From: Desulfomicrobium sp.
GTDB lineage: Bacteria > Desulfobacterota > Desulfovibrionia > Desulfovibrionales > Desulfomicrobiaceae
Reading direction: 5' to 3'
Assembly: GCA_040768745.1 (NCBI GenBank)
Contig: JAXGMI010000003.1
Coordinates: 202,333 to 266,332 of the forward strand
DNA: 64,000 bases
Below are positions 20,966-29,942 of the stretch, in pieces. Below the pieces are notes generated by a model that was not told the origin of the DNA, ran no database searches, and saw only the letters and a list, made by a program, of their open reading frames with translations. Both the position numbers and the translations under genes were made by a program. The first letter of the stretch is position 1; every line of letters begins with the position of its first letter.

Positions 20966-21940
20966 TCAGCGCTGCCAGGCGATAACGGCCAGACTCTCCA
21001 ATTCCTCGGACAGGCCCAGGGCCTGGGTCATGGTTTCGCCCCAGCAGACCAAGCCGTGGTTGTCCATGAACACGGCCCCGAATTCCCGGCTGGCCAGGCC
21101 CACTGCCCTCCCCAGCTCGGACGTGCCGGGGGCGAACGCCGGGATGCGGGTCAACTTGGCGGCGAAAACATGACCCTCGAAAAGCGGCAGGTTCAGCAAC
21201 GGACCGTCCCCGCGCAGGGACAGCCCGATGAGCCTTGGGGGATGGGTATGCACAACCGCCTGGGCCTTGGGCTGGTTCCGGTACACTTCAAGATGCACTG
21301 CCAACTCCGAAGAGGGGCGGGCCGAGGACAGCGTCTTTCCGCTGTCCAGGTCGGCCACGGCCAGGTCCCGGGTTCCGAGATGCCCCTTGGCGCTGCCCGC
21401 GGCCGTGATGACCACGCGGCTTCCCTGGCGCATGCTGATGTTGCCGTTGAACCCTGCGAACAGGCCGCGCATCCAGCCGTCCCGCCCGGCCTGCAGGATG
21501 GCCTGTCCCATGTCCGGATTGACCAGGGCCGGAAAATCGCTCTGCCCTGGCCCACAGGCATTGTCCGGCTTGATGTCGATGACGGGCGTACCGTCGATGA
21601 CCTCCAGGGGGTGGACCTGCAGGCGCAGACCCTCGCGGCCGGTGATGCGTACCGAGTGCAGCCCGATGGGCGTAGGCCGATCCGGGGAGCGGGTCGAGAA
21701 GATGCCGCGCAGGGGCAGGTCGCGGTTGCCCTTGGGATGACAGCGCAGGACGCTCTGGTCGGCCTGATGCATCCAGGTCAGGACCAGGATCGCATCCCCG
21801 ACCTGCAGATCCGTGGCGGCGGGTTCGAATTCGGGTCGCAGCTCGACCCACACCGGAGGCAACCCTGCCTCCCCGTATTTGGGGCATTCCTCCCGGGTCA
21901 GGAGGTGGGAACGGACGGTGCCGATAATGTGCGGGGTCAT
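20966..21940 (-). CDS. Fusion: TrmO/TsaA tRNA m6t6A37 methyltransferase domain + class II aldolase/adducin domain
   Basis: N-term GIFSTRSPDRPTPIGL and DGTPVIDIKP; C-term GNISMR, PSSELAVH, HTHP, NHG. Confidence 0.85.
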   Translation of the reverse strand: MTPHIIGTVRSHLLTREECPKYGEAGLPPVWVELRPEFEPAATDLQVGDAILVLTWMHQADQSVLRCHPKGNRDLPLRGIFSTRSPDRPTPIGLHSVRITGREGLRLQVHPLEVIDGTPVIDIKPDNACGPGQSDFPALVNPDMGQAILQAGRDGWMRGLFAGFNGNISMRQGSRVVITAAGSAKGHLGTRDLAVADLDSGKTLSSARPSSELAVHLEVYRNQPKAQAVVHTHPPRLIGLSLRGDGPLLNLPLFEGHVFAAKLTRIPAFAPGTSELGRAVGLASREFGAVFMDNHGLVCWGETMTQALGLSEELESLAVIAWQR

Positions 21941-22160
21941 GAGGGGTCCTTGGTTCGCTGTTCTGCCCGAATCTGAACTTTACACGTATCCCCCGCGATT
22001 TTCTTCGTCAAACCCAGACCATGCCGCCGCGGCCGTGGAGTGCGGTCTTCCGGTCCAGGACGGTGTTCAGGCCCCTTGTGCATTCCGGTGCAACCCTTGA
22101 ATTGACATCCAGCCGGTGCTAGCGTTGCCCAACATCACAACCCTCAACGCCGGAACGCAC

Positions 22161-23012
22161 ATGGACAGATTTTCCACCAGCCTCCTGGGAGAGGCCAAGA
22201 CCCTGCTCCTGTCCACGGACGGGTCCCGCTTCAGCGACGGAGCTTTGCAGGAAGCCATTTTCTTCGGCCAGTCCTGCTCCGCCCGCGTGGTTGTTCTGCA
22301 TGTGGTCAAAATCGAGTCCGAATCCCTCAAATCAGCCAATTCCTTTGTCATCCGCAAGCAGCAGGAGATCACTCCGTATCTTGAGCAGATCCGGAAAATG
22401 GCCAGGGACAGCGGGGTGGAGTGCGATACCGTGGTGGTGGGTTCCTCTGTCCCCGAACACGCCATCATCGAGCAGGCCCGCTTGCGGGGGGCCGATGTCA
22501 TTCTCATGGGCCGCCATGGCCGGGCCGGCCGTCTCTACCTGATGGTCGGCAGCATGACGGCCAAGGTCATCGGGCTGGGCTTCCCCATGGTTCTGGTGGT
22601 CCCCAGCGAGGCCCTCATCACCGGGAGCCACGTGCTCGTGGCTGTCGACGACTCCCCCAGCAGCCGATTGGCCGTCGAGGAGGCCATGAGCCTGGGAATG
22701 TGCTGCGTGACGCTGGAGCGGCTGACCTTCGTGGCTGTGGCCAAACGGCAAAGCGGGCTCGACGCGGCCCGGCGGATGGTCGGGGACATCTGCAGCCAGG
22801 GCCGGCAGAAATGGCCCCACCTCCACTTCGAGGCCGTGGCCGCCGTCGGCCACCCCTCGAATATCATCGTGCGCGCCGCCGAGGAGCGGGGTGTGGACAT
22901 GATCATGATCGGGGGGGTGAACAGCAGCCCCCTGCCGAGGATGTTCACGGGCCGGGTGACCAAGGAGGTCTGCGGCTGGGCGCATTGCGCGGTGCTGGTG
23001 GTCACCGCCTAG
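22161..23012 (+). CDS. Universal stress protein (tandem USP domains)
   Basis: LLSTDGSRFS...ILMGRHG...GSMTAKVI and VAVDDS...MIMIGG...GRVTKEV...AVLVV. Confidence 0.9.
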   Translation: MDRFSTSLLGEAKTLLLSTDGSRFSDGALQEAIFFGQSCSARVVVLHVVKIESESLKSANSFVIRKQQEITPYLEQIRKMARDSGVECDTVVVGSSVPEHAIIEQARLRGADVILMGRHGRAGRLYLMVGSMTAKVIGLGFPMVLVVPSEALITGSHVLVAVDDSPSSRLAVEEAMSLGMCCVTLERLTFVAVAKRQSGLDAARRMVGDICSQGRQKWPHLHFEAVAAVGHPSNIIVRAAEERGVDMIMIGGVNSSPLPRMFTGRVTKEVCGWAHCAVLVVTA

Positions 23013-23074
23013 GAGCCCTTCCAAAATCCGTTCTGGACTGCGTTGCTCGCCGGAACGAATTTTGAACAGGCTCC
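23012..23074. repeat. 63-bp miniature inverted-repeat element
   Basis: GGAGCCCTTCCAAAATCCGTTC ... GAACGAATTTTGAACAGGCTCC (18/22 complementary). Confidence 0.5.
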
Positions 23075-23164
23075 GTTTTCAACAGGATAGTTTTCAGAAG
23101 AGGTTTGCAGGTGCGTTTCAGGGGCCTGGCCTCTTCTTCGAATCATCTGGCAAGGAACAGTCTC

Positions 23165-25285
23165 ATGTCGGTCAGGCTTCTGCGATTCTTTCCTTTTCTC
23201 GCTTGGTTTCCGCTCAGTGCGCTGACGCTGCGGGCCGACCTGATGGCCGGCGTCACCGGCGCCCTGGTCCTCGTGCCCAAGGCCATGGCCTATGCCCAGC
23301 TGTCGGGTCTGCCACTCTACTTCGGCCTGTACACGGCCTTCGTACCTGCCATCGTCGGGGCCCTGTGGGGATCTTCCAGACAGCTCGCCACGGGACCCGT
23401 GGCCATCGTTTCCCTCATGACCGCGGCAGCCGTCAGCCCCCTGGCCGTGTCCAACACCCCGGAGTACATCGGCCTGGCCTTGCTGCTGACCTTCCTGGTC
23501 GGGCTCATCCAGCTCCTGCTGGGCGTGCTCAAGCTGGGGACCATCGTCAATTTCGTTTCCCACCCGGTCATCCTCGGTTTCATGAACGCTGCCGCCATCA
23601 TCATCGGCCTGTCCCAACTGGATCAGCTCCTGGGCATCCCCAAAGGCCGCAGCGATTTTTTTCTGAAAGACGTCTGGGATATGCTCTGGCTCCTCCCGCA
23701 TACGCATCTGCCGACCCTGGGCATGAGCGTGCTGGGCCTGACGCTCCTGATCGGCATCAAAAAGATCCCTGCCCTGTCCAAGGCCAGCGTCCTCGTCGCC
23801 GTGGTCATCGCCACCCTGGTCAGCGGTCTCGTCGGCTACGACCAGCGAGGCACGGCGGAGCTGTCGGACATCGAAACGCCCCAGGCCCGCGAACTGGTCG
23901 CCCAGTACCAGGAGAGCCTGCAGAGGATGGAGTTGGTCGCGGCCGACATCTCCGCCCTTTCGTCGCTGCAGAGGCAGGCCGAGAAGCACGACCAGGCCTG
24001 GGTGGCCGCCGGGCTGCGGCACCGGGTCGAGCTGGCCCGCCTGGACATGCGCTCCCTGGAGAAACGGCACAACGAGCTCCTGCGCGGGGTGCGGCAATTG
24101 CGCTTCGTGCGCCCAGAAGGCGAGGAGGCGGGAAGGCTCTACCAGCTGGGGGCCGTCCCGGTCGACATGAAGACGGACAACCGGGCCTGGCACATCAAGG
24201 GCATCGAAGACGGGGTCATGAAGCTCACGGGCGGAGGCGAAGTGGTGGGCGTCGTCCCGGGGGGACTGCCTTCATTGCGCCTGCCGGCCATGAACCTCGA
24301 TGCCGCCCTGCAGCTCATGTCCGCGGCCCTGATCATTGCCCTGGTGGCCTTCATGGAGTCCATTTCCATGGCCAAGGCCATGGCCAGCAAGGCCAGGCAG
24401 CACGTCGATCCCAACCAGGAACTCATCGGCCAGGGGCTGGCCAACATCGGGGGCTCCCTGTTCCAGTCCTACCCGGCCTGCGGATCCTTCACCGGGTCGG
24501 CCATCAATCTGCAGGCCGGGGCCAAAACCGGCCTGGCCATGGTTTTCAACGGCCTCTTCGTGGGCATCACCCTGCTCTTCTTCACGCCCTGGCTCTACCA
24601 TCTGCCCAAGGCCGTGCTGGCTGTCATCATCGTCCTGGCCGTGACGGGCCTTCTCACCCCCCACGCCTTCATGCACAGCTGGAAGGCCAACCGCGGGGAC
24701 GGGATCGTGGCTGCCGTGACTTTTGTCGTCACCCTGCTGGCCGCCCCGCACCTGGACCGCGGCATCATGGTCGGTGCGGCCCTGTCCATCGGCCTCTACC
24801 TCTACCGGACCATGGCCCCGCGCGTGGCCATCCTCGGCCGCTACGCCGACGGCACCCTGCGCGACGTGCACGTCCATCCCACACTGGCCACCTCGGACCT
24901 GGTCACCGTCATGCGCTTCGACGGGTCCCTCTATTTTGCCAACGTGGCGCACTTCGAGGACGCGGTACTCAAGGCCGTGGCCGACCACAAGGAAACCAAA
25001 TTCCTGCTGGTGATCGGAGACGCCATCAATTTCCTGGATTCTTCCGGGGAAGAGATGCTGCAGAGCCTGGTCGGCCAGCTCAGGGAGGCTGGCGTGGAGC
25101 CCGTCTTTTCGGGCCTCAAGAAACAGGTCCTGGACGTCATGCGCGCCACCAGCCTGTACAAACGCATCGGTGACGAGAACATCTTCGCCACGGAATGCCA
25201 GGCTCTGAAAGCCATTCTGCACAGACTGGGGACGCAGGTCGAGGACGACGCCCTTTTCGCCCACGTCAAGGCCATGGTCTGCTGA
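23165..25285 (+). CDS. SulP/SLC26 anion transporter with STAS domain
   Basis: DLMAGVT, PKAMAYAQL, GSSRQLATGP, DPNQELIGQG, DGSLYFAN. Confidence 0.93.
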   Translation: MSVRLLRFFPFLAWFPLSALTLRADLMAGVTGALVLVPKAMAYAQLSGLPLYFGLYTAFVPAIVGALWGSSRQLATGPVAIVSLMTAAAVSPLAVSNTPEYIGLALLLTFLVGLIQLLLGVLKLGTIVNFVSHPVILGFMNAAAIIIGLSQLDQLLGIPKGRSDFFLKDVWDMLWLLPHTHLPTLGMSVLGLTLLIGIKKIPALSKASVLVAVVIATLVSGLVGYDQRGTAELSDIETPQARELVAQYQESLQRMELVAADISALSSLQRQAEKHDQAWVAAGLRHRVELARLDMRSLEKRHNELLRGVRQLRFVRPEGEEAGRLYQLGAVPVDMKTDNRAWHIKGIEDGVMKLTGGGEVVGVVPGGLPSLRLPAMNLDAALQLMSAALIIALVAFMESISMAKAMASKARQHVDPNQELIGQGLANIGGSLFQSYPACGSFTGSAINLQAGAKTGLAMVFNGLFVGITLLFFTPWLYHLPKAVLAVIIVLAVTGLLTPHAFMHSWKANRGDGIVAAVTFVVTLLAAPHLDRGIMVGAALSIGLYLYRTMAPRVAILGRYADGTLRDVHVHPTLATSDLVTVMRFDGSLYFANVAHFEDAVLKAVADHKETKFLLVIGDAINFLDSSGEEMLQSLVGQLREAGVEPVFSGLKKQVLDVMRATSLYKRIGDENIFATECQALKAILHRLGTQVEDDALFAHVKAMVC

Positions 25286-25345
25286 CCGGGAGAGGGCATT
25301 TTCACCGCATGAGAATGGGGCGCCGGCATGGCCGGGGCCCCTTTT

Positions 25346-27517
25346 TCATTCCAGCTCGACGAAATCCTCGATGATGAGTTTCAGGCCGAAGCCGGGGAAG
25401 TTGATCTTGTACTTGTTGGGTTCCACCCGCGAGACGACCTTGCCCCGGCCAAAGATCCTGTGCCTGCAGTACGTGCCCTGCACCGGGGTCTGGGCGCCGG
25501 GTCCGCTCCCCGCTTGGTCCTGGTCTGAGCCCCCGTTGGCGTCCGAAATCTGCTGCGGAGCGGAGAGACCCGATGCGCGGCGGGGCGCAGGCTGTGTCTG
25601 CAGCCCGACCCCCCCGGTGAACTGTTCGCGGTAGCGGGCCAGCAAATGCGACGGGATGTCCTGCAGGAAGGGGCTGATCCGCGCCGGCGTGGTGCCCGCC
25701 AGTTCCCTGCTGTACAGGGTTTCAGGGGAAAAAAGACTCAGATGCTCCCTGGCCCGGGTGCAGGCCACGTACAGAAGCCGTCGCTCCTCCTCGAAATCAT
25801 CGCTGTCGTTCAAGGCATGCCGGGACGGGAAGCGGTCCTCCACCAGGTCGATGACCAGGACGGCGTCCCATTCCAAGCCTTTGGCCGAGTGGACCGTGGA
25901 CAGGGTTATGGCCTGGCCGCGCGCCTCCTCGGCCTCGGGGCTGTCCAGGCTCAGATCCCCCAGGAAGCCCGCAATGTCCTCGTAGCCCAGTGCGATCTGG
26001 ACCAGCTCTTCCAGCCCGGCTTCCCGGCGAGGGTAGTCGTCCGGGAATTTTTCCCTCAGAACCGGCAGGTAGTATTCCAGGATGAAGGTGATGGCCGTGG
26101 ACGGCTGCATGGCCTGGGTCCGCAAGGTGTCCAGGACGCGGAACAGCCGTTCCAGTTCCGGTCTCCTGGCCCGCTGGGCCTTCAGAAAGGTTTGGTCGTT
26201 GAGCATGGCTGCCCGATAGAGTTTCTGGGCGCTCTTGGGACCGATGCCCGGCACGTTGCCGAGGATGCGCTGCCAGGCTGGGAGGTCAGCGGCGTTCTGG
26301 CTGATGCGCAGACAGGCCAGGACATCCTTGATATGCGCGGCTTCGGAAAATTTGATTCCCCCGTATTTGCGGAAAGCCAGGCCCATCTTGTTCAGCTCGA
26401 CCTCCACATGGTATGATTGATATCCTGCCCGGAACAATACGGCGATCTGGTCCAGGGGATGGATCCGGGCCAGGTCCACGACCTTTGCCGTGACCAGCCT
26501 GGCCTGGCTGCGGTCCGAAAAGGGCAGGATGTGTTCGGGCAAGGTCGAGCCCGGCTTTTCCGAAAAAAGACGCTTGGTGAACTTGTCCCGGAATCCGTCC
26601 AGGATGGAATTGGTCAGCTCCAGGATGGGCTGCGTCGAGCGGTAGTTCTGCTCCAGCTTGATGATCCTGGCGCCGGGAAAAACCTTGGGAAAATCGAGGA
26701 TGTTGCGCACATTGGCGCCGCGGAAGGCGTAGATGGACTGGGCGTCGTCGCCCACGGCCATGACGTTGGGGGCCGGGCTTTCGGGATCGGTCAACAACCC
26801 CACCAGTCTGGCCTGGACCAGGTTGGTGTCCTGGTACTCGTCGATCATGATGTGGGAAATGGACGCGGCCACGGTCTGGCGCACATGGGGGTGTCCGGCC
26901 AGCAGACGTTCCATCAGGAAGAGCAGGTCATCGTAGTCCAGCAGACCGCACTCCAGCTTGATGCGCTCGTACTCCTCCAGCAGCCTGACCAGGTCCCCCT
27001 CATAGACCCCGAGATGGTAGGCTTCCTGGCGCAGGACCTCGGACAGGGACAGCTCCTTGTTCCGGCTCTTGCTGTACAGCCCGAGGATGGTGGCCCGCTT
27101 GGGAAATTTGCGGTCGTGGCTGCCGATCTTGAGCCGGTCCTTGGCCTGGGCCAGGACGTCCTCGCCGTCGGCGCGGTCCATGACCGTCACCCCGCGCGAA
27201 AAGCCCAGCAGGCCGGCGTACTGCTTCAGCAGGGAGAAGGCGAAGCCGTGGAAGGTCCCGCCGCGCACGCTGCCCAACCCCCGATGGCCCAACAGGCCCT
27301 GGGCCCTTTCGAGCATTTCCGACGAGGCCTTGCGGGTAAAGGTCAAAAGCAGAATTTCTTCCGGGGACACGCCGCGCTCCGCGAGGCGGGCCAAACGGTA
27401 GACAATGGTCCTGGTCTTCCCTGACCCGGCTCCGGCGATGACCAGGACCGGCCCGTCCAGGGTGGTGGCGGCCTCCAACTGGGCCGGATTCAAGTCATGT
27501 TCGTAGTCGATGCGCAT
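25346..27517 (-). CDS. UvrD/PcrA/Rep-family ATP-dependent DNA helicase
   Basis: AGAGSGKT, DEYQDTN, GDDAQSIYAFRGA, NYRS, TVHSAKGLEW, EERRLLYVACTRA. Confidence 0.95.
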   Translation of the reverse strand: MRIDYEHDLNPAQLEAATTLDGPVLVIAGAGSGKTRTIVYRLARLAERGVSPEEILLLTFTRKASSEMLERAQGLLGHRGLGSVRGGTFHGFAFSLLKQYAGLLGFSRGVTVMDRADGEDVLAQAKDRLKIGSHDRKFPKRATILGLYSKSRNKELSLSEVLRQEAYHLGVYEGDLVRLLEEYERIKLECGLLDYDDLLFLMERLLAGHPHVRQTVAASISHIMIDEYQDTNLVQARLVGLLTDPESPAPNVMAVGDDAQSIYAFRGANVRNILDFPKVFPGARIIKLEQNYRSTQPILELTNSILDGFRDKFTKRLFSEKPGSTLPEHILPFSDRSQARLVTAKVVDLARIHPLDQIAVLFRAGYQSYHVEVELNKMGLAFRKYGGIKFSEAAHIKDVLACLRISQNAADLPAWQRILGNVPGIGPKSAQKLYRAAMLNDQTFLKAQRARRPELERLFRVLDTLRTQAMQPSTAITFILEYYLPVLREKFPDDYPRREAGLEELVQIALGYEDIAGFLGDLSLDSPEAEEARGQAITLSTVHSAKGLEWDAVLVIDLVEDRFPSRHALNDSDDFEEERRLLYVACTRAREHLSLFSPETLYSRELAGTTPARISPFLQDIPSHLLARYREQFTGGVGLQTQPAPRRASGLSAPQQISDANGGSDQDQAGSGPGAQTPVQGTYCRHRIFGRGKVVSRVEPNKYKINFPGFGLKLIIEDFVELE

Positions 27518-27523
27518 GGTGGT

Positions 27524-28828
27524 TCAGAAGTCGAGGATGGTGGAAGAAATGCCGAAATACTCCAGGATGGCCCGCCCCACATGGGTGGGCGTGCGGGCCG
27601 GGGCCGCGGCGGAGTCGAAAAAGAACACGTCGTCGGGGGTGTGCATGCCCTGACGGCCGAAATGGCCGAACATGGCCTGGCGGCCGAACTTGCCTTTCAG
27701 GTCGAACCCAGGCTCCGGGACCAGGACGAGGTCCGGGGCCAGATGAGCCTGGGGTCCGTGATACAGGTCCGCCCCCCTGTGGACCTGGCGGATGATCCGA
27801 CGGCCCTGCCAGGTCAAGCCGCGCAGGGCCTCGCTCAGCTCTGTGGCAAGGTGCTTCGCATCGGACCGGGACAACTGCCCCCGGGCAAAGCGCTCCCTGG
27901 AGTGCATGTAGACGCGACCGGGGTCAAGGGCAAAGGCCCGCGTGGACGGCGCCATGGCCTCTGTGTCCCACTCGCTCTGGGGCGGTCGGGAAAAATGCAA
28001 CAACCCTTGACCCTTGAGCCAGACGTTGAGATCCACCTCCTGCAGCAGCGCCGTGAACCCGTGATCAGCCATCACCATCAACCGCTTGGGTCCAGGGAGT
28101 TCCTCATACCGCTCCAGGGTCTGGCCGATGAGCCGGTCCCAGGTGGCCATGAGGTTCATGACCTCAGCGCGCCAGGGATGATGGGGTTCCACCAGGGCCG
28201 GGAAGAGGAAGTGGCCCAGACGATCTGTTTCCGTCAGCACGAGCATGAACATGTCCCAGGCCAGGTCCGGCCACAGGAGATCCACGGCCTTTCCGCGGCA
28301 GGCCAGGGTGCGGTGCAGCTCGGCCAGGAGAAAGCCGGGGTCCGTGGCTCCGGCCACGGTGTCCGCCTCGACGGTGTAGCCATGATCGGCCAGGATCCCT
28401 CCCAGGGCAGGCGGATGGACCGCACCGCACAGATCCCGGGCCGGGAAACCGGCCACCAGCAGGGCCCGCATGGGCCGCACGGGCGCGAGATTCGGCATGT
28501 TGACGACCTTGGCGAACAGGCCGGCATCGGCCATGCGTTCGAATATGGTCAGCCCATGCACATGGCTGAAATCCGTGAATTCGAGATGGTATGTCTGCGG
28601 GTTGATGCGGGTGAAGCCGAAAACCCCGTGGCCGCCGGGTGGGGCGGCGGTGAAGAGTGACGTCCAGTTCACGGGAGAGAGTTCGGGCAGTTCGGCCCGG
28701 ATGGGCCGACACCCGGAGGCGTCCATGATCCTGGCCAGATGGGGCAACAGGCCTTGTTGGCAAAGGCTTTGGGCCACGGACCAGGGCAGGCCGTCCAGGC
28801 CAAGAAAAACCAGTCGGGAACCATGCAT
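27524..28828 (-). CDS. Alkaline phosphatase superfamily (type I phosphodiesterase / nucleotide pyrophosphatase)
   Basis: VFLGLDG, ELSPVNWTS, ETDRLGH, MADHGF, GMH. Confidence 0.85.
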   Translation of the reverse strand: MHGSRLVFLGLDGLPWSVAQSLCQQGLLPHLARIMDASGCRPIRAELPELSPVNWTSLFTAAPPGGHGVFGFTRINPQTYHLEFTDFSHVHGLTIFERMADAGLFAKVVNMPNLAPVRPMRALLVAGFPARDLCGAVHPPALGGILADHGYTVEADTVAGATDPGFLLAELHRTLACRGKAVDLLWPDLAWDMFMLVLTETDRLGHFLFPALVEPHHPWRAEVMNLMATWDRLIGQTLERYEELPGPKRLMVMADHGFTALLQEVDLNVWLKGQGLLHFSRPPQSEWDTEAMAPSTRAFALDPGRVYMHSRERFARGQLSRSDAKHLATELSEALRGLTWQGRRIIRQVHRGADLYHGPQAHLAPDLVLVPEPGFDLKGKFGRQAMFGHFGRQGMHTPDDVFFFDSAAAPARTPTHVGRAILEYFGISSTILDF

Positions 28829-28927
28829 GGAGGCCGTGTAGCAGGGGGGGGGATGGTTGACCAGTCCGGAATGGTCCAGGCAGCCGGAGACGCTGCACGA
28901 AACCATCCACGGCCCGAGCGGACCCCG

Positions 28928-29416
28928 TCAGGCCTGCAGCAGGGCCTGTTCCACGGCCTCGGCCACCTCGGTCCCGGTCAGGGTCTCCCCGGTCTCGAAC
29001 AGGGCCCGCTGCACGTTGATCTCGCGCATGACCCCGATGTGGTCGCGGTCCACAAACCCCTTCCAGACCGCCATGCATTTTTCCACCTGCCCCCTCCGGG
29101 CATAGGCCAATCCGAGGTACAGGCAGGCCAGGTATTCCCCCGGATGCTGTCTGGTGACCATGAGCAGGGTGTCCTTGGCCTGCACATACTCGCCCAGATG
29201 GTAATGGCACAGGCCCTGCCGCACGCGGGCCTCCTTGTGGGCCCGATTCTCCTTGAGCACTTCCTTGTAGAGGTCCCGGGCCTGGAGATAATCCTTGCGG
29301 ACGTAGGCGGCATCGGCCGCGGCAATGTCCGCCCCAATGCCGGAAACCGGCTTGTCCCCGCCTGCCTCACGCAAACGCCGGGCCATGCCGAAGAGAAGGT
29401 CGCGTCTGGAAATCAT
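28928..29416 (-). CDS. Tetratricopeptide repeat protein
   Basis: A...G..Y...G.Y..A TPR-like helices. Confidence 0.75.
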   Translation of the reverse strand: MISRRDLLFGMARRLREAGGDKPVSGIGADIAAADAAYVRKDYLQARDLYKEVLKENRAHKEARVRQGLCHYHLGEYVQAKDTLLMVTRQHPGEYLACLYLGLAYARRGQVEKCMAVWKGFVDRDHIGVMREINVQRALFETGETLTGTEVAEAVEQALLQA

Positions 29417-29564
29417 GGATACCTCTATATATATTGATGAAGGTGCGCTGAATCTAGCATGGCGGCGACGCCGTCCCGGTGTGGGCCGAGGCATGACGCC
29501 GTCCGTACGGCAGTCGACGCCGGAGACAAACGCGGCATGATCCAACCTACCCCAGTCAGGAAGA

Positions 29565-29715
29565 TGGATTCCCGCCTATCCTGACGGGCGCACGTTCGTG
29601 GGATGACGCGACGATGTGAAGGCTTGAGGTTTGCCTGCCGGACCAGCCAAGGCAGATGCCTGCCCTCGACGTCATTCCCGCGCAGGCGGGCTTGTACCCG
29701 ATAGGGTGAATCCAT
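29565..29715. repeat. Inverted pair of REP-like palindromes (CGTCATTCCCGCGMAGGCGGGAATCC type), each with an 18-nt insert
   Basis: Copies at about 29566-29608 and 29670-29715; uninterrupted copies at 34895 and 38085. Confidence 0.75.
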
Positions 29716-29942
29716 GCCTTTCAAAGCCGCCCCCATTCGCCATGCCGAGCATGGGTGCGCAACGGATCAGCGAGCCTTTTTGCGCGGCAATCCGGCCTTT
29801 CGCCGGCCTGATCCAGACCCAGTTCCGGTGAACCGCGCCCTTCTCCCCGTGCTGTTGACATTCCAAAGATTCCTTACCATGAAGAGCCACTTCAGAGTAA
29901 GAAAACCGGCACAGTCCGAAATCTGTATTCCCGGAGGGGACA

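Noticed and set aside
29380..29416. Tat signal (SRRDLL) on the TPR protein
   Set aside because: No hydrophobic h-region follows the twin arginines
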